NCBI GenBank assembly: GCA_036172245.1
Contig: JAYWIR010000042.1
Coordinates: forward strand, 1,736,001-1,800,000
Direction of reading: 5' to 3'
Length of the DNA: 64,000 nucleotides
Source: Raillietiella orientalis
Lineage: Eukaryota
Notes under the pieces: model-generated
The model's input: only the letters and a program-made list of their open reading frames with translations
The model's database searches: none
What the model was told of the DNA's origin: nothing
Position numbers and translations under genes: made by a program
Part shown: positions 1-12,819 of the stretch, one piece after another
How the letters are laid out: each line of letters begins with the position of its first letter
How positions within the stretch are numbered: position 1 is the first letter of the stretch

Positions 1-169
1 TAATTTGTGTTCGTTTCCTAAAATGGAAAGGATAATTTTTCCGAGGGTCCTGTCTCCACCATGTTATCTTTCGGAACCATACATCAGACTATCCGGATAT
101 GCCCTGGCAACATTAATGGTACCGATACGAGACCCAATCGCTCCCAACATATAACCAATTGAAAAAGTT

Positions 170-700
170 CCGGGTAATTGAAAGGGAAATGCAGGTCATC
201 GTCACGGTCATGCCTGCAGCATGCGTACACTACTCATCCACGACTCGGGACGCAGAAAACTCGAGAGCATCTTTTTTCTGGACGCTAATTCCCTTGTCGC
301 ATCTCCCATAAACGAAATATTGGACGTCTGGAGTTGGGCAATGGTTAAACAAGGAGCGACAAGTTTATGGAGTTGTCAAACAGAAACAGGGAGCACGAAA
401 GAATATGTGAGGTCCTCAGCTCGTTGGAACCACTACTTCCACCATTTTGTCCACACGAGATCTACAGCGAAACTCGTCTAGACGCACCGCTATTACTATT
501 GGTACCAAGTGCAATTTATAATCCATTCCTTAGCCTTTTTGCCCCAGCTTCAGGGAAGTACGACCGCAATGACGAGGCACTGTATTTTCCGCACGAACGT
601 TTCCGATAGAGGAAAGCATCCAAAAGACAGCTATCTATCAAACCCTGGCGTGGAAACGTGCGCCCATTCTACTAGTCCTTACTGCGCTTTTGTTTTCCGC
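170..700 (+). mobile_element. Endogenous viral element (EVE): decayed influenza-like PB2, N-terminal part
   Basis: ORF 221-481 HDSGRRKLESIFFLDANSLVASPI...KQGATSLWSCQTETGSTKEYVRSSA parallels influenza A PB2 [24 protein letters not shown]...[24 protein letters not shown]. In a second ORF (509-949), IFRTNVSDR...NPG parallels HFRNQVKIR...NPG. Confidence 0.8.
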
Positions 701-739
701 ATTGCGTTTTTTGAGCCACGGGGGGGGGGGGGGGTCAAC

Positions 740-786
740 GGGTCTGCTGGCATGGCTCGGGTCTGCTGGCATGGCTCGGGTCTGCT
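740..786. repeat. ~19-nt tandem repeat (GGGTCTGCTG(G)CATGGCTC x2.5) next to a G-run
   Basis: Directly visible; lies between the PB2 and PA fragments. Confidence 0.85.
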
Positions 787-849
787 TCAGGGAAACAACT
801 CGTTGGGAAACAACCCGTCCTCACAAGCGTCGTTCTTCCCCTCTTCCTG

Positions 850-1255
850 GTTTCCCCAACTACTCCACTGTCTCAGGAAGACACTTAGCGATATATTTAC
901 GGAAAGTTTTCATCACCAAGTGGGAAGGTCGAATCGACAAGATGATTAGGCAACAACACGAACTTCTTCTTACGGCTTCCAGCACTTGGGTATCTGGATG
1001 AGGGATACATTTATGGAAGGAAGAGTTCCGCTGGAGAAAGTTCGATCAGTGCAGTTTTTCAAGGCTCCCGGGATGACGATTGCCGCGCTCGTATCAGAAG
1101 ACGAATGCTCGGCCGTTCTCCTGCATCAGCAACACTCGAAGAGAGACGAAGGAGTTACAGGTTTTACATTTCGAAAACACCTTCCACGCAACTCTGGGGA
1201 AGGAGGGAGCGGAGAGATCCTTCGCAATCCATGCGCTTTTTTGAGATTGATGCCT
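850..1255 (+). mobile_element. EVE: decayed influenza-like PA, C-terminal part
   Basis: RHLAIYLRKVFITK ~ PA RPMFLYVRTNGTSK. After a frameshift, GVTGFTFRKHL ~ QLEGFSAESRKL and EILRNPCAFL ~ ECLINDPWVL. Confidence 0.6.
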
Positions 1256-1699
1256 GTTCCGTCCTTCTTTCCTCATCATCATTGTAAGAAAGAGAAAATC
1301 CTAATTTGCCTGGAACCGGAAAAGTATGCAGCGAAACATGCACCATCCAAGAAGTCTGGCAACACAGCAACCTCCACTGAGGTCCCCACTCTTGTAGAAA
1401 GGAGTTAATGTGGTTCTGCAGCCTCTTTCCACTGCAATGCTGCTTCTCCGAAATCAACCCGAAAAGCATGGGCATTCCAACTCGTTTCCAAAAGTGCGGA
1501 GATTACTAAAGATGCAAAAGACGAACACACCGACTTCGAGGGATGCTAGAAAGCAGGTGACATGATTTCTGCTGATTTGCAACTTACATGCTGGAAAAAA
1601 AAAAAAAAAAAAAAAAAAACAAAAAAAAACATTCTGCAAAAGTCACGTCCGATGCATTCTTCCCAAATATCTTGTCAGTTCAAAGTGAACGTGAAAGTA

Positions 1700-2940
1700 A
1701 GTAAATCAAAAGGACTGTACGAGTCAGCTCCAAAACAATCTGATTCGTCCGCAACACTACTGGTTTGCACGACGATTGATGATCCCTCTCTATTTTCATG
1801 TATCCACAAATAGCCAATTTTCGGTATTTAATCGGCAGAATCTCCTTTTTTGCCCAGCTTTAAAAGCTGTTGTTGAGAGAGACTCACTCACACGTTTCTT
1901 TCGTACACCGTCAAACGTGTTGCACACTGCACTAGAAGGAGTGCTTGCCCTTCCAGCATCGAGCATTCCACCGCCTTCTTCTGAATTCTTTCGAAAGAAG
2001 AATATCCGTCCGTGAGCGGATTACGCGCGTGAAGGCTCTGCTCAAAATTCAAGAACGATTGCGGAGCTGCCGACCGGCATCTCCAAAACACACGAACGAA
2101 AGTCTATCACAGGGAAACACCACCAGAAGGCAAGCACACTTACTGATTACCAGGCAGGGAAAGGGAACAAATAATTAAAATACTGATTGTGGTGGCGTAC
2201 TCAGGACCAAAGAAGAACAAGGAAAACTGACGGCAAACAAGCCTCGGCTCAAAACAGACACGAAAACGCAATTTCAAATGCACCAGCGACCCGCGTGTAG
2301 CTTCCAGAGACCGTTCCATCCCGTGTCCGAAGGACCATACGGGCGCCGATCCCGCATGAGGAAGCTGGATGGCTCCCTCCAGAAGAACTGCGAAATCTCC
2401 GAGAGTATTCGATTCCGACCTGGAAGGCCATCCGAGGCCCCGCGACCGAGTTTTGCGGATGCTGCGACCGGCTTCCTTGGACAAGGTTCGAGCATCTTCC
2501 GCGGGACGGCATAGGTGGGGAGGAGAATATCTCTGACAAGGCATCACGGAGGCCGGATGCCATTTTTCAAAAAGAAGAGTGATGCGTGTTTATAGGTCTG
2601 CACGGATGAACCCAGGAGATCGTTGTGCAGTAACGGACTTTACAGCAGATGTTTTCCGATGACACAGAGCTTTTTGTCTTCCTCAAACAAATGTCGTAAA
2701 CGTCTACATACCACACGAAGGCACTACTACGGTTGCCGACCCCCCAGAACACGAGATCGTGCTTCGTGATGATCATCTCATACGAATTCACTGCTGCTGC
2801 CTTGCTGAGGTTGTCTTGCCGAGATATCAGCATTCCTAAACTGAGGAACCCGAAATAGCCACGCGGTTCGTTGCCAAGGAAAGCAACAGCGACGCGTCGG
2901 TCGGACTTTATGACTTTCGGTATTTCCAGTACGTTCTCAC
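1700..2940 (+). mobile_element. EVE: decayed influenza-like PA, endonuclease to C-domain
   Basis: Ordered matches: DPSLFSCIHK*PIFGI ~ LPDLYDYKENRFIEIGV; VRERITRVKALLKIQERL ~ SRARIKTRLFTIRQEM; LRNLREYS...EFCGCCDRLPW ~ VGDLKQYD...EFNKACELTDSSW; VMIISYEFT ~ VNFVSMEFS. Confidence 0.7.
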
Positions 2941-3059
2941 TCATATCTCCATCTTTTCCACGTCGTAAACAAACCTAAGTGACGTTTGAGAGCTGAGGCA
3001 GAAGACGGAAGCCATTAAAAAAAGAAAAAAAGAAGAAGAAGAACATACAAGTCGCTGCA

Positions 3060-3800
3060 CCTTGCTTTGTAAGGAAGAGCACGCACGTGAATACTGGGAA
3101 ATGGCGATAAACGTAAGTTTTCGACGCATCGTGTCGACACGAATCGCTTGCCGTCGCAGCTCGCCCTCGACACTCAAACGGAGCTCCGGTCAAATTTCAA
3201 CATTCCAACGGAAACGAACGAATTCGGAAGCGACCAACGGTCATGGCGTCCGAATGGGGTCGAAGGCGCTTTAGGGCTTTGGTAGGGCTCGCAAGAAAAC
3301 TTTTCCCGCCGATTGCAGGTGGGTGCGATCGCGAGGTCTGATAAATTACAGGCAAATTTCTGAATCCTTACAGGCGAACCCGGAAGGCGAATTGACTGCC
3401 CTCTTTTTTTTTTGGGGGGGGGGGGGGGGGAATTCATTAAACACGTACAGTTTGAATAAGGAACTAAAACGGACAAGGCAAAAGGAAATCGTGAAAAATC
3501 AATAAAACAAGGAAATCAGGGAAACATCGGGATGCAAAATTCTGTTCGGCTGAAAAACACTGCATGCAAAATGAACGGAAAGGTGACTGTGACAATATAA
3601 CGGCACAGTCAGTTTGGAAGTTTCGCGATAATTACATAATAATCTCATGTGAGGTATCACTCGTGTTGTGAATTTTCAACATCTGTTGCGTCCAACTAAG
3701 GAAATTGCATCGAAATTAACACCAAACTTTGGCAAGTGAAACAGCAATCCGCTAGCAAGTAGCATCAATCTGTGAATGCATGGAATACATTCGTGTCGTG
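3060..3800 (+). mobile_element. EVE: decayed influenza-like PB2 (N2/lid/mid region)
   Basis: NVSFRRIVSTR ~ PVHFRNQVKIR; LQVGAIARSDKLQANF*ILTG ~ [33 protein letters not shown] ~ SADPLASLLEM. Confidence 0.65.
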
Positions 3801-4278
3801 CAAATTTAAAGCAAAACATTCATCTTGCACCGTGCATTTCTAGCAGTCAAGCAAATTTAAGGACGACAAAAAAACGGGGAAAAAGGACTGTCAATTCATA
3901 TTTTCTAATTCTCGCTTTCTTCTCGCTGCTGCCATTTCAACAAGTACCGATTAGCACTTGCAAAGTTCTCAGATATGCATATCACCGCATCAGCTTCGAT
4001 AAGCTGAAGGTGGTAATGAAATACATTTGTCAGCATACAAAGAGAAAGCAAAAAAAGGGCGTGCGGATTGTCTGTAGTTTTAAAACGCTGCGATAAGCGC
4101 TTGCACACGTAGTGAAGCCAAGTGATTGGTTAAAATAACCAGCATCCTTAATAGTTAGTAATTTGAAAACTTCATTTCCATCGCTGCAACTAGTATATTT
4201 GCAAATACATTTGATTCCATTTGGGAATGGAAATAAAAGTGCACCAATGATATACTACAATTACTGTGCTCTACACAC

Positions 4279-7200
4279 CGTATTTTAAGAAAAATAAGCT
4301 TTTTATACTCCATCTCTAGTAACTTTTGCTCAGCTTCAATTTCCTCTGCCTGCTTAAATTTATTGTCGATGAGATTGATAGAAGAGCCTTCAAACATCGA
4401 TACAAAGGGCAAATGAATTAATTTGCCGGATTCTTCAACTGAAAAATACAGCAGATCAGCAGATAGCTCTGAGCCTCACCACCACCACCACAAAGGAAAA
4501 AAAAAAAAAAAAAATTACTTTGAAAAATGAGCCACTCTCCAGCTGTCCACATCTGTGATGGCATCTTTAAGAAATCAATATGATAGATTCCTCCAATAAC
4601 ATGGTACTGGTTCAAGTCCAGATGATTTGACTGACTCTCTTTAAAACACACACACAAAAAAAAACAGTCTCTTCACAGATATGGAACTCATATGCAAACT
4701 CACCAGACTTAGTAGACAATGATTCCTCTGCAAGATTCAGTTCACGGCGAAGATCATTTGATTTTTTCAGCTGTGCTTCACCATCTAGTTTTTTTGCATA
4801 TTCTGAAATGCAACATGCTGAAGAAAATAATTTTTTAATTCACCTTGAGAGACCATCTTCACATCAGCTTTCTTCTTTCTGTTTTCATCAACTGGTTTTT
4901 CATTGTCTTTGATATTTGATGTCTGCACACCACCATGAGGAATGGCTACACGAGGCACAAATCGATCCTACAAACACGTGGTTCCTAGAGAATACGAAAA
5001 CACCTACTGCAGCTCCTTTTGCCAGAAGATGTTCAAATCTGTTTGAAGCAGATAGACTTGATGTTTCATCTTCCTTTACATTCAAAGTCACATCTGCTTC
5101 TTCATTCTCATGAGACCCATCTCGATTGCTCATTCTGATTAGTTTGCGAATTTCTGATGCACATAAAGTATCTAAAATAATGGAAAATCTCAACAGACCC
5201 TAGATGAGAACGTTGCGCCAGAGCAACATGGTCAATGTTTATGAGCTTAATATTACACACCCAGCACTTGGCAAATGCAGATACATATAATTTTCATTAT
5301 CAATGCAAACACTCATACCCTCTTTCCATACATTTATAATATATATTAATATTATACTTTTATGCATTACATATAGTTCAGCATATTAAAAATAGACTGC
5401 CTGGCATTCCTGATAAGAGGCAGTTAAGATAAGATATCTTGAAGAAGTCCCATAAATTCAATGAATCTTTGATATTAAAAGCATGCAGACCAAGGAATGA
5501 TTTGAAGAATTGACAATCAGATTATTCCTCATTAAACAGATTCATTATAAATCATAAAGCACATGGATAAAAAAAACATATCAAATCTGATACTTATTAC
5601 ATAAAGATTAAATCTGCAAATTAAAAATAATCCATACCAACATTTTGCCATCTTGGAGGAATTTCTTGATAATCATCACAGAATTCGGAAAAATAGTCGA
5701 ATTTTGTATAAAGAAGTCGTACGCAGGAATTGCTAATTAATGCTGTTTTAGGGAGAGAAAATTCAAAACCACACTGAAAAATGAAACTGTTAATTAACCT
5801 TACTAAAACACAGAACATTATTATAAATCCATCAATTCAATTTCCTATTGAAATTCCAAAACGCCAAGCAAAATTTATAGATCGCCAACATAATCAAGAG
5901 AAATGAAACCTCTTTCTTTTCTGGTTCACAGAGTGAAATGACTAAGGTTTGTCTGCTGCAAATACAAATGAGTACACATGAGGAAGGATACCCCAACTTT
6001 GAATACAAAAAATAAACTAAACATGAATTTTTAAGATTTCAATTTTCCTTACAGCAAATACATATCATTTGTCAGGATCTCGCTTCCTGGTATAATTGTT
6101 AATCATTTAAATTGAAAACAATATTTACAGAAGTTACTTTTTAAAAACAACTACCCACATCTCAAAGTAATTTCAATATGACTTTGCAAGGACAGGAAGC
6201 AAAAAGCAGGTAAAGCTATAATATGAACACAAAAAGAATTGTTTGCCAAAGACAAAAGACATCCTGACACAACATTTCAGGTGCATTCATTAAACACAAA
6301 CTTTAAAGTTTCTAAAATTAACTCTTTTAAAATTAGCAACAAATCCCTTATGGAACATGCAGAACAAAAAACAGCAGACTTCAAGTGAACAATTTGAAAA
6401 ACAAAAACCGCTCCCATTTCACAGTTTGTATCCCTCAAAAAACTCAAACATCCCCTAGTTCTGAATAGCAGAAATAAGAAAATTAAGGGACCAAGTAAAA
6501 ATGAAGAGATGTAAATTTGACTGGGTTACTAAATTAGGAATCATTCTGTACGTTTCTATTTGCCCACTTATGCTATTCTGATCGTTTATAAGATTTCAAT
6601 ATAAGTACATTCTTAATATTATTATTTACCAGAATGTAATCGAAAAACAGCAGACAACCCAAATGAATTGAATTGGAACAATGCAAGTTTATAAACACTT
6701 TTATAAGGAAATGAGATTTTCAGGAATTTTGCAACAGCAAACTTCCGATTATTATCAAATAAAATACTTTTGCAATACAAACAAATGGACAACTTTGCTC
6801 CAGCTAACCAGCAATTGTCTGGTTTCAACAAACACGGAATGACTGCTGAATTTGTTCTTTGGAGATGTTCATGACTTTGCCAGGATAGAATTATACCAGA
6901 ATGAAAATTCCAGCATTGTTGCTTAAAATGCAAGTTTTTTCTTGTGTAAGCATATCTGATAACAACCACACAAGACCCACTCCAAAAATTAACAGGATCA
7001 AATTCAAATCACTGACTTACTTCGTGAAATGTGTATCCTTTTATGTGATTACTTCTGCTTATATTACTCCATAATCCCAATGACACAAGGTCACCGCTTA
7101 TATAGAATTCTACATTTCCAGAGTCTACATTTTTTATACCACATACATCATTCAGGATGTTCAATGTTAATCCATCAAGTTTTTTTTGTATTAAAGCATA

Positions 7201-10200
7201 GAACTCCAGCAAAAGCTAAAATGTACAGTCACTTGAATAGTATTTAGGAGGAATGCTGATTACATTCATAATTCAAATTAAAATCATAAAAAGATTCAAT
7301 GAATTTATGTTTCAACCCAAGTTTTGTGAAAAAGCACAATGGTTTTAGCACATCACTTCAGAGACTTGCCCTTTAAAAATAGTAAATCATGCAGTGAATA
7401 TCAGGATTGCAGATTATTTTGTAGCATACATCATAATAATTATGCAATGGATGTTCATTAAAATAATTATGCAGAGTATATTCCTTGAGAGCCGACCATT
7501 AAGTTTGTTAAAGGAATTTCTTGATCAAATGCATCACACAGTTCAATGAACAATGCCATATGAATGATGCACAATTTTTTTCTTAGTTTTTTTCTTACCT
7601 GACTAAAATTTTGATTTTTGTCGCTTGACAGCAGAGCATTATTTTTTAGTTCTTGTTTTACTAGCTTGATGATCTGAAACAAAAATTACTAAACATGAAA
7701 TTCTAGAGCTTAATATATCCTCATAAGACAAATACACAGACTGATACTTGACAGAAAAACTCATTTTTTTTTCATTGACAAACATCAGAAAAATAAAAGT
7801 TTGAAATCTTGCTTGTTCTATGAATCTACTACTGGATCAATCTCCATTATGAAATGTACTCTTAACTGAATTATTCATCACATAATACAAACATTATACA
7901 CCTTATGCACTATGGACTCCATATGAATGTTACCTCATTTTGATATTTTCCCATGAGAAATGTCTTATTCCAGTGTACAGAATACCTACATTCAAACACT
8001 ACAAAAAAACATCCCAAAAGAGAGAGATTTTTGGAGATTCCCTTATAAAGACATACCGACATACAACAGGCTAACAAAGACTCAAGAAGACTTGAATCAA
8101 AAGTGTCTTCTATTTCATGTCTTTGCTCTTTATGGCTGGCATATAGGGATAAATTTATATATACATTTTTAATGGCTACTTTCTTTGACTGTATGCTTTT
8201 ATGCAAAAAAAAAACACATTCCATGCACTCGAATGGAAAACAGCATTTTGGTTATAATGATAATTTTTCTCAAAATTATCAAAATCAGTGTACTGTTAAG
8301 GCATTTCCTTGGAAGTAAAGGCACTATGCCTGATTTAAAAAAAAAACTTTACTGTTAACCTTAAAGCAGTTAGATCTTAAAGAAAGCATTTTCCATACAC
8401 AAAATAGCAAGCAATACGAAAAACTTACAAAATGAATAAATCAAATACAATTATATTCATTATAATAAGGAACTTACAATGAATGTGAAAATATATATAT
8501 GTTATTACATGCGATACTTGTAAGTATTAGGTATTATACAATATAACTACATGTATTTAAAACATAACAAAAACACGAAATAGGTAAAATGTTTTATTTT
8601 GCTAAAATTTCTGTTTTTGCTAAAAAAAATTATCATAGTTATTCCCAGTCGCTTGTTTCCTTGAACATACTCCCAAAATTGAAAACAGCCTCTAAATAAA
8701 CATTTCCCTCATGAAGAATTCCAACTGTTATTTCATCCTTCATTAAATCTTACATGATTATCCTTATTTTAAAACAAATCTCCTACTATACGTTTTACAA
8801 GGCAGAGAAAATAATAATATATTAAATAATCTGCATTTATTTTGATATCACATATTGTAAGGCCTTCCACTTATTATTTCTCCATGGAGAACTACGGACT
8901 AAGCATGCTTATACATTTCACATCATGCACTGCATATCTTGTTAAGTGAACTTAAGGCACCACATTAGGATTGTGAACGTGATGACAAAATCATGAAAAT
9001 TTACTTACAGTTACGCATTTTTGAATGTGATTATTAACACATGATGCATCCATTATTTCATCTAACTGCAATGAAGTCAAATAATCATTTAACTGACATA
9101 AATCCATACTAGTTGGAAAATCATCACACCTCAAATATTGATTCCACTTAAATATTTCAATCATAAATTACGGATCCAATTCATTTAGAGTGTTTACTTG
9201 TTTCTGGAGAGAAAATTCCTCAAGTTCATAATTCAATGCTTCAGCATACTCTTTGAAAATAATTCCTGACTTTTCTAACTGATTTCGTTTTGCTAATAAT
9301 ATAAGATGATTCCTTTCATTTTGTTCATCATCATTTCTAATTTTGTCTGAATTCTTTGCTTGTTCTATAACTTTAATTCTGTATAAATAAAATTTAAAGC
9401 AATTAGGTATCACAAGAAATGGCACTAATTGAAACATCAAAAAACAAAACAAAAAAAAAGCATTTTAAACTTTTTTTTTAATCTACAACTGGCTTGAAAT
9501 ACAATATTAATAACCTACAACAAATTCCTTAATTATAACTTTATTATTGGTATCGAATGAAAATAAATCGAAAATTGAGTCTTGGCAGTGACCACAGTAA
9601 AAACTGACAAAATTCCTGTGCAGCTGAACGCAAAAATTAACTTACATAATAAGGCTTTTATTTTTACATCCATATCCCTAAGTATTAGGACATGGCATCT
9701 TTATATGCACAATTTTTATTAGTGATGACATGGAAATAAGATAACAATCTATGAGGTCTTATCGCACGAAGTCGCATATGTCACTTTCACCATGTGATAT
9801 TATGACAGCAAATCAAATGCTGTATGTGGCATTTACTCTCTATTGCAAATGCTATTCCTTCTAAGTAGCTCTTAATATTATGTCTTTACAAAATGAAAAC
9901 CGAAACTACTCCGTTCCTAGAAATCATCCCAAAGTTTAATTCACAAATTCAAAAGCTCCAATGCCAAAAGTTATTCTTAATGTACAACTCTTAAAATTAC
10001 AAAGAATCACTCCCTCCTTAGAACATGGTTGCTACTATTGTGATTTTAGTTCTAAAATCAGTAAGAACTCTATGCATTCTACTAAATGAAGTCATCGTAT
10101 GGTCTTAAAAAATCTGTTCTCTGTATAAGAATTGCTAACTTGCGCATATCATTATAAATAATACATACCTGAATTGCTGCTCTGCTGCTTCTAATTCCCG

Positions 10201-10287
10201 CCTTCGTTTTGTGTCTGAACTGCCACCTTTTTTAACCGCACTTCTGTTTTTCTTTGTTTCTCTGCCTTTACTCAAGTTTTTCTGCAT
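4279..10287 (-). CDS. DNAI7: Dynein axonemal intermediate chain 7 / CASC1 (CFAP94)-like, multi-exon; C-terminal exons not found in window
   Basis: Phase-compatible GT-AG exons start at ATG 10287. They encode LDGLTLNILNDVCGIKNVDSGNVEFYISGDLVSLGLWSNI, GFEFSLPKTALISNSCVRLLYTKFDYFS, DLNQYHVIGGIYHIDFLKMPSQ...W and KLIFLKIR, which match CASC1-family motifs as I recall them. Last identified exon ends at a GT donor at 4278. Confidence 0.8.
6630..6930 (-). mobile_element. EVE: PB1 fragment (RdRp motifs C-E) in a DNAI7 intron
   Basis: AKLSICLYCKSILFDNNRKFAVAKFL...YKSVYKLALFQFNSFGLS ~ PB1 [46 protein letters not shown]. Confidence 0.65.
7900..8110 (+). mobile_element. EVE: NP fragment in a DNAI7 intron
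   Basis: IQTLQKNIPKERDFWRFPYKDIPTYNRL ~ NP [29 protein letters not shown]. Confidence 0.55.
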
Positions 10288-10389
10288 GATAAAAAAATTC
10301 CTGGTTAATGTACATACGAGGCTATCATAGTGATGCTCATAATTTGTTGGGGTCAATATCTTTAACAAAAGAAATCTACGACACTACCG

Positions 10390-10925
10390 ATATACCCATT
10401 TCAGATGTATCCTTACTATTTATTAGTCTTGAGGATCATGACCTATAGTGACACAGATGGTGACTCCAGCATATGGCAAGTATTCAAAGCATGCAGGATT
10501 CATCGAGAGGTAACTCCCGTGTGCGGTGTGTGATCGATATTCCACGTTCATTGTTACAAAGTAGGCGTGTGCCCTACATAAACCCATTTTGTGTGTTTTG
10601 AGACCTACGCTGCTTTCGATACGCTTTTGCATTCGAATGCATCCATCCTCTCAATTTTTCAACTTATTCCTGGGGCTACTCTTAGAAATGTAAATGATTA
10701 CTGGGTTCTTCTTCATTGGCTGACCAATGTGGTCCCGACTGATACGAGGATAGTGAGCATACGAACAACAGTCATCATTCCAGGTTATGGAGCCCCACTT
10801 TCCACTCGGCCACAGAGCAGAGAACCATTGAAGATGAACACAAGCATCCCACACTCCGAACGCATACCGTCATCGGAAATTCCACTTCTCTTAATCGTAG
10901 CATCAAAGCAAAGCTTTGTGGAGTA
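10390..10925 (+). mobile_element. EVE: PB2 N-terminal fragment
   Basis: YPF...DGDSSIWQ...EVTP ~ YPI...QGQTLWS...MVSP; FETYAAFDTLLH ~ YKTYFEKVERLKH; TVIIPGYGAPLST ~ EVVFPNEVGARILT; IPLLLIV ~ ISPLMVA. Confidence 0.7.
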
Positions 10926-11739
10926 AAGATCGTAATTCAAGAGACATCATCCATATAACTGATCTGTGATATACATTCATACAAATGAATCATAGCTATG
11001 TAAACCAATCGAACATATTAGAAAACTATGCACATATCAAACATGCATCACATAATATGGCGTAGAATACATGGAACACAAAAAATGGATTTTCTCATAT
11101 TGACGTACATTACATCCAATTTCCAAAGTCAAAACGAGGGCATCCCTTCATTATGTTTTGCTATTTCCCAGAAACACTTAGTTTTTATGCATCTGAAGCT
11201 TTTTTAACAGATGGTTTCAAGCTTTTACACAAAAGGCACAAAATATATTGTATAAAAGAAAAATGATTTCAGTGTTCAAGGAATTTATTCTTTCTAAATC
11301 CATAAGAGTATTTTTAAAAAACTCTATGTGAAATTGCACACTACGAAATTTTATCTTACTATACTAGAGTGCAAAGATTTGAAGGTGTAAATAATGCATC
11401 GTTGCAAAAAAAGTTTACATAGTTTTTGAAGCTAAAGGTTCCTTGTATCATCATTTTGAGAAAAAGTTAAGCAAATTTAATGTAATCAAAACATGAACAT
11501 TAGTTGAAATTATTCTGTATGAATGTATATCGAATCTTCCCATATCTTTTAATGATCTGTCCTCATATAAATCATGCTTACTTAATAGGAAGGCAATCAG
11601 ATACAGAATTTGTGGAGACTAAAAGTCTACCATAATGCGGCTGTCCAGCTAGTATTACTAAGAAGAAAAAAAAAAAAAACATTAAAGTACAAAAAGCAGT
11701 TCATGTGTTGTTAAGAAAATACGAGAAATTCTGTTGTTT

Positions 11740-11930
11740 GAGCATACATATAGAGACCTTAGAGTTCCTTTTTATCTTTGGAAAACAACTTCATGGTATA
11801 GAAAGGGTGCAAAGAAATCCATGAAAATGATCGAACTTTATGGAGCATACATTCCAATAGCTTTTTGCTCCTTCAAAGGGGATTGTTATTCTACAGAGTA
11901 CTTCAGAGTCATCATTTATGTAGCTTAAAG
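11740..11930 (+). mobile_element. EVE: short PA fragment
   Basis: FKGDCYSTEYFRVIIYVA ~ PA EVSHCRATEYIMKGVYIN. Confidence 0.5.
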
Positions 11931-12009
11931 CAAAAGTATTAAATCTGTAAGGGTGTACGAATCCTTCGTTATTGATTATGCATTAATTTCGTGAAGAATT
12001 CAAAAGAAA

Positions 12010-12340
12010 TTCACGTTCCTTTCTTTAGTCATTGCATGCATTGGGGAAAGCAGTTAGAAATCTCGACGATACCAGCACAAAGTAAAATCCACACCATAAT
12101 TTTCAAAAAAAAAAAAAAAAAAGGAACAGAAAGAATTTCGTGTCATTCGTATCCCTTGCAAGTAAATGATCCTCTGCCGTTGTCTTACGATATCTGCACT
12201 TCAAAACGCAATTTCGATAGATTCAAGAGTCAGTTTGTGGATTCAATTTCGAGTGACTTGATTTTTTTGGCTGAAATTCGACGAAGCTTTTCAAATTCAT
12301 CATTTCGATGTATGCGCGTTCCTGTGGGAATGTGTCGACT
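12010..12340 (+). mobile_element. EVE: PB1 N-terminal fragment (may extend to ~12750)
   Basis: PFFSHCMHWG ~ PPYSHGTGTG; VNDPLP ~ IDGPLP; DSISSDLIFLAEIRRSFSNSSFRCMRV ~ [28 protein letters not shown]. Confidence 0.75.
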
Positions 12341-12819
12341 TGCAGGATGTCGAACCGGGGCTGCATCCCCCCCCCCCCCCCCCCCATCGGCAATCTTGGT
12401 ATATGTACGGCCTAAGCAGGATTTTCATTTGCAGAATACCACGGAAACGGTGAATGCAGGGAATCATTGTAAAAAAAAAAAAAAAAAAAAAAAAAGAAAC
12501 GCACCTTCCTGAGATAAAAACTGAAGACGTAAAGTACAAAGGGGAAAAAAAAGAAAAAAAAAAAAAGCAACTCCAATTTGTTCACATAGCTGCCAGTACA
12601 ATGTTTCCAAATTTGCAGAGGGAACCTGAATTGATTGTGTACGCTTTAATTCATAGTGCTGTGAGGTTACCAGGAGCTCGCTATGCGTTTGCTCTTAGAG
12701 TTCGTCAGTGATAATAAGGAATGATAGCACAGGGATTTCGAAATCCAATTCATCGTGCATGAGCAGTACATTATACTTTTATCGTTTAGTAACTGCACGA
12801 TTTCCACCTTTCTAGCAAA

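Noticed and set aside
6198..6210. AGCAAAAAGCAGG, resembling the influenza segment terminus AGCAAAAGCAGG
   Set aside because: It needs an indel, could occur by chance in A-rich DNA, and no convincing viral frame follows; the similar string at 12842-12853 is V-ATPase exon/donor sequence.
10423..10854. Minus-strand ORF pair with KWGSITWNDDC, reminiscent of a GP64-type glycoprotein
   Set aside because: The plus strand of the same DNA gives several ordered PB2 matches; the GP64 resemblance is one short motif.
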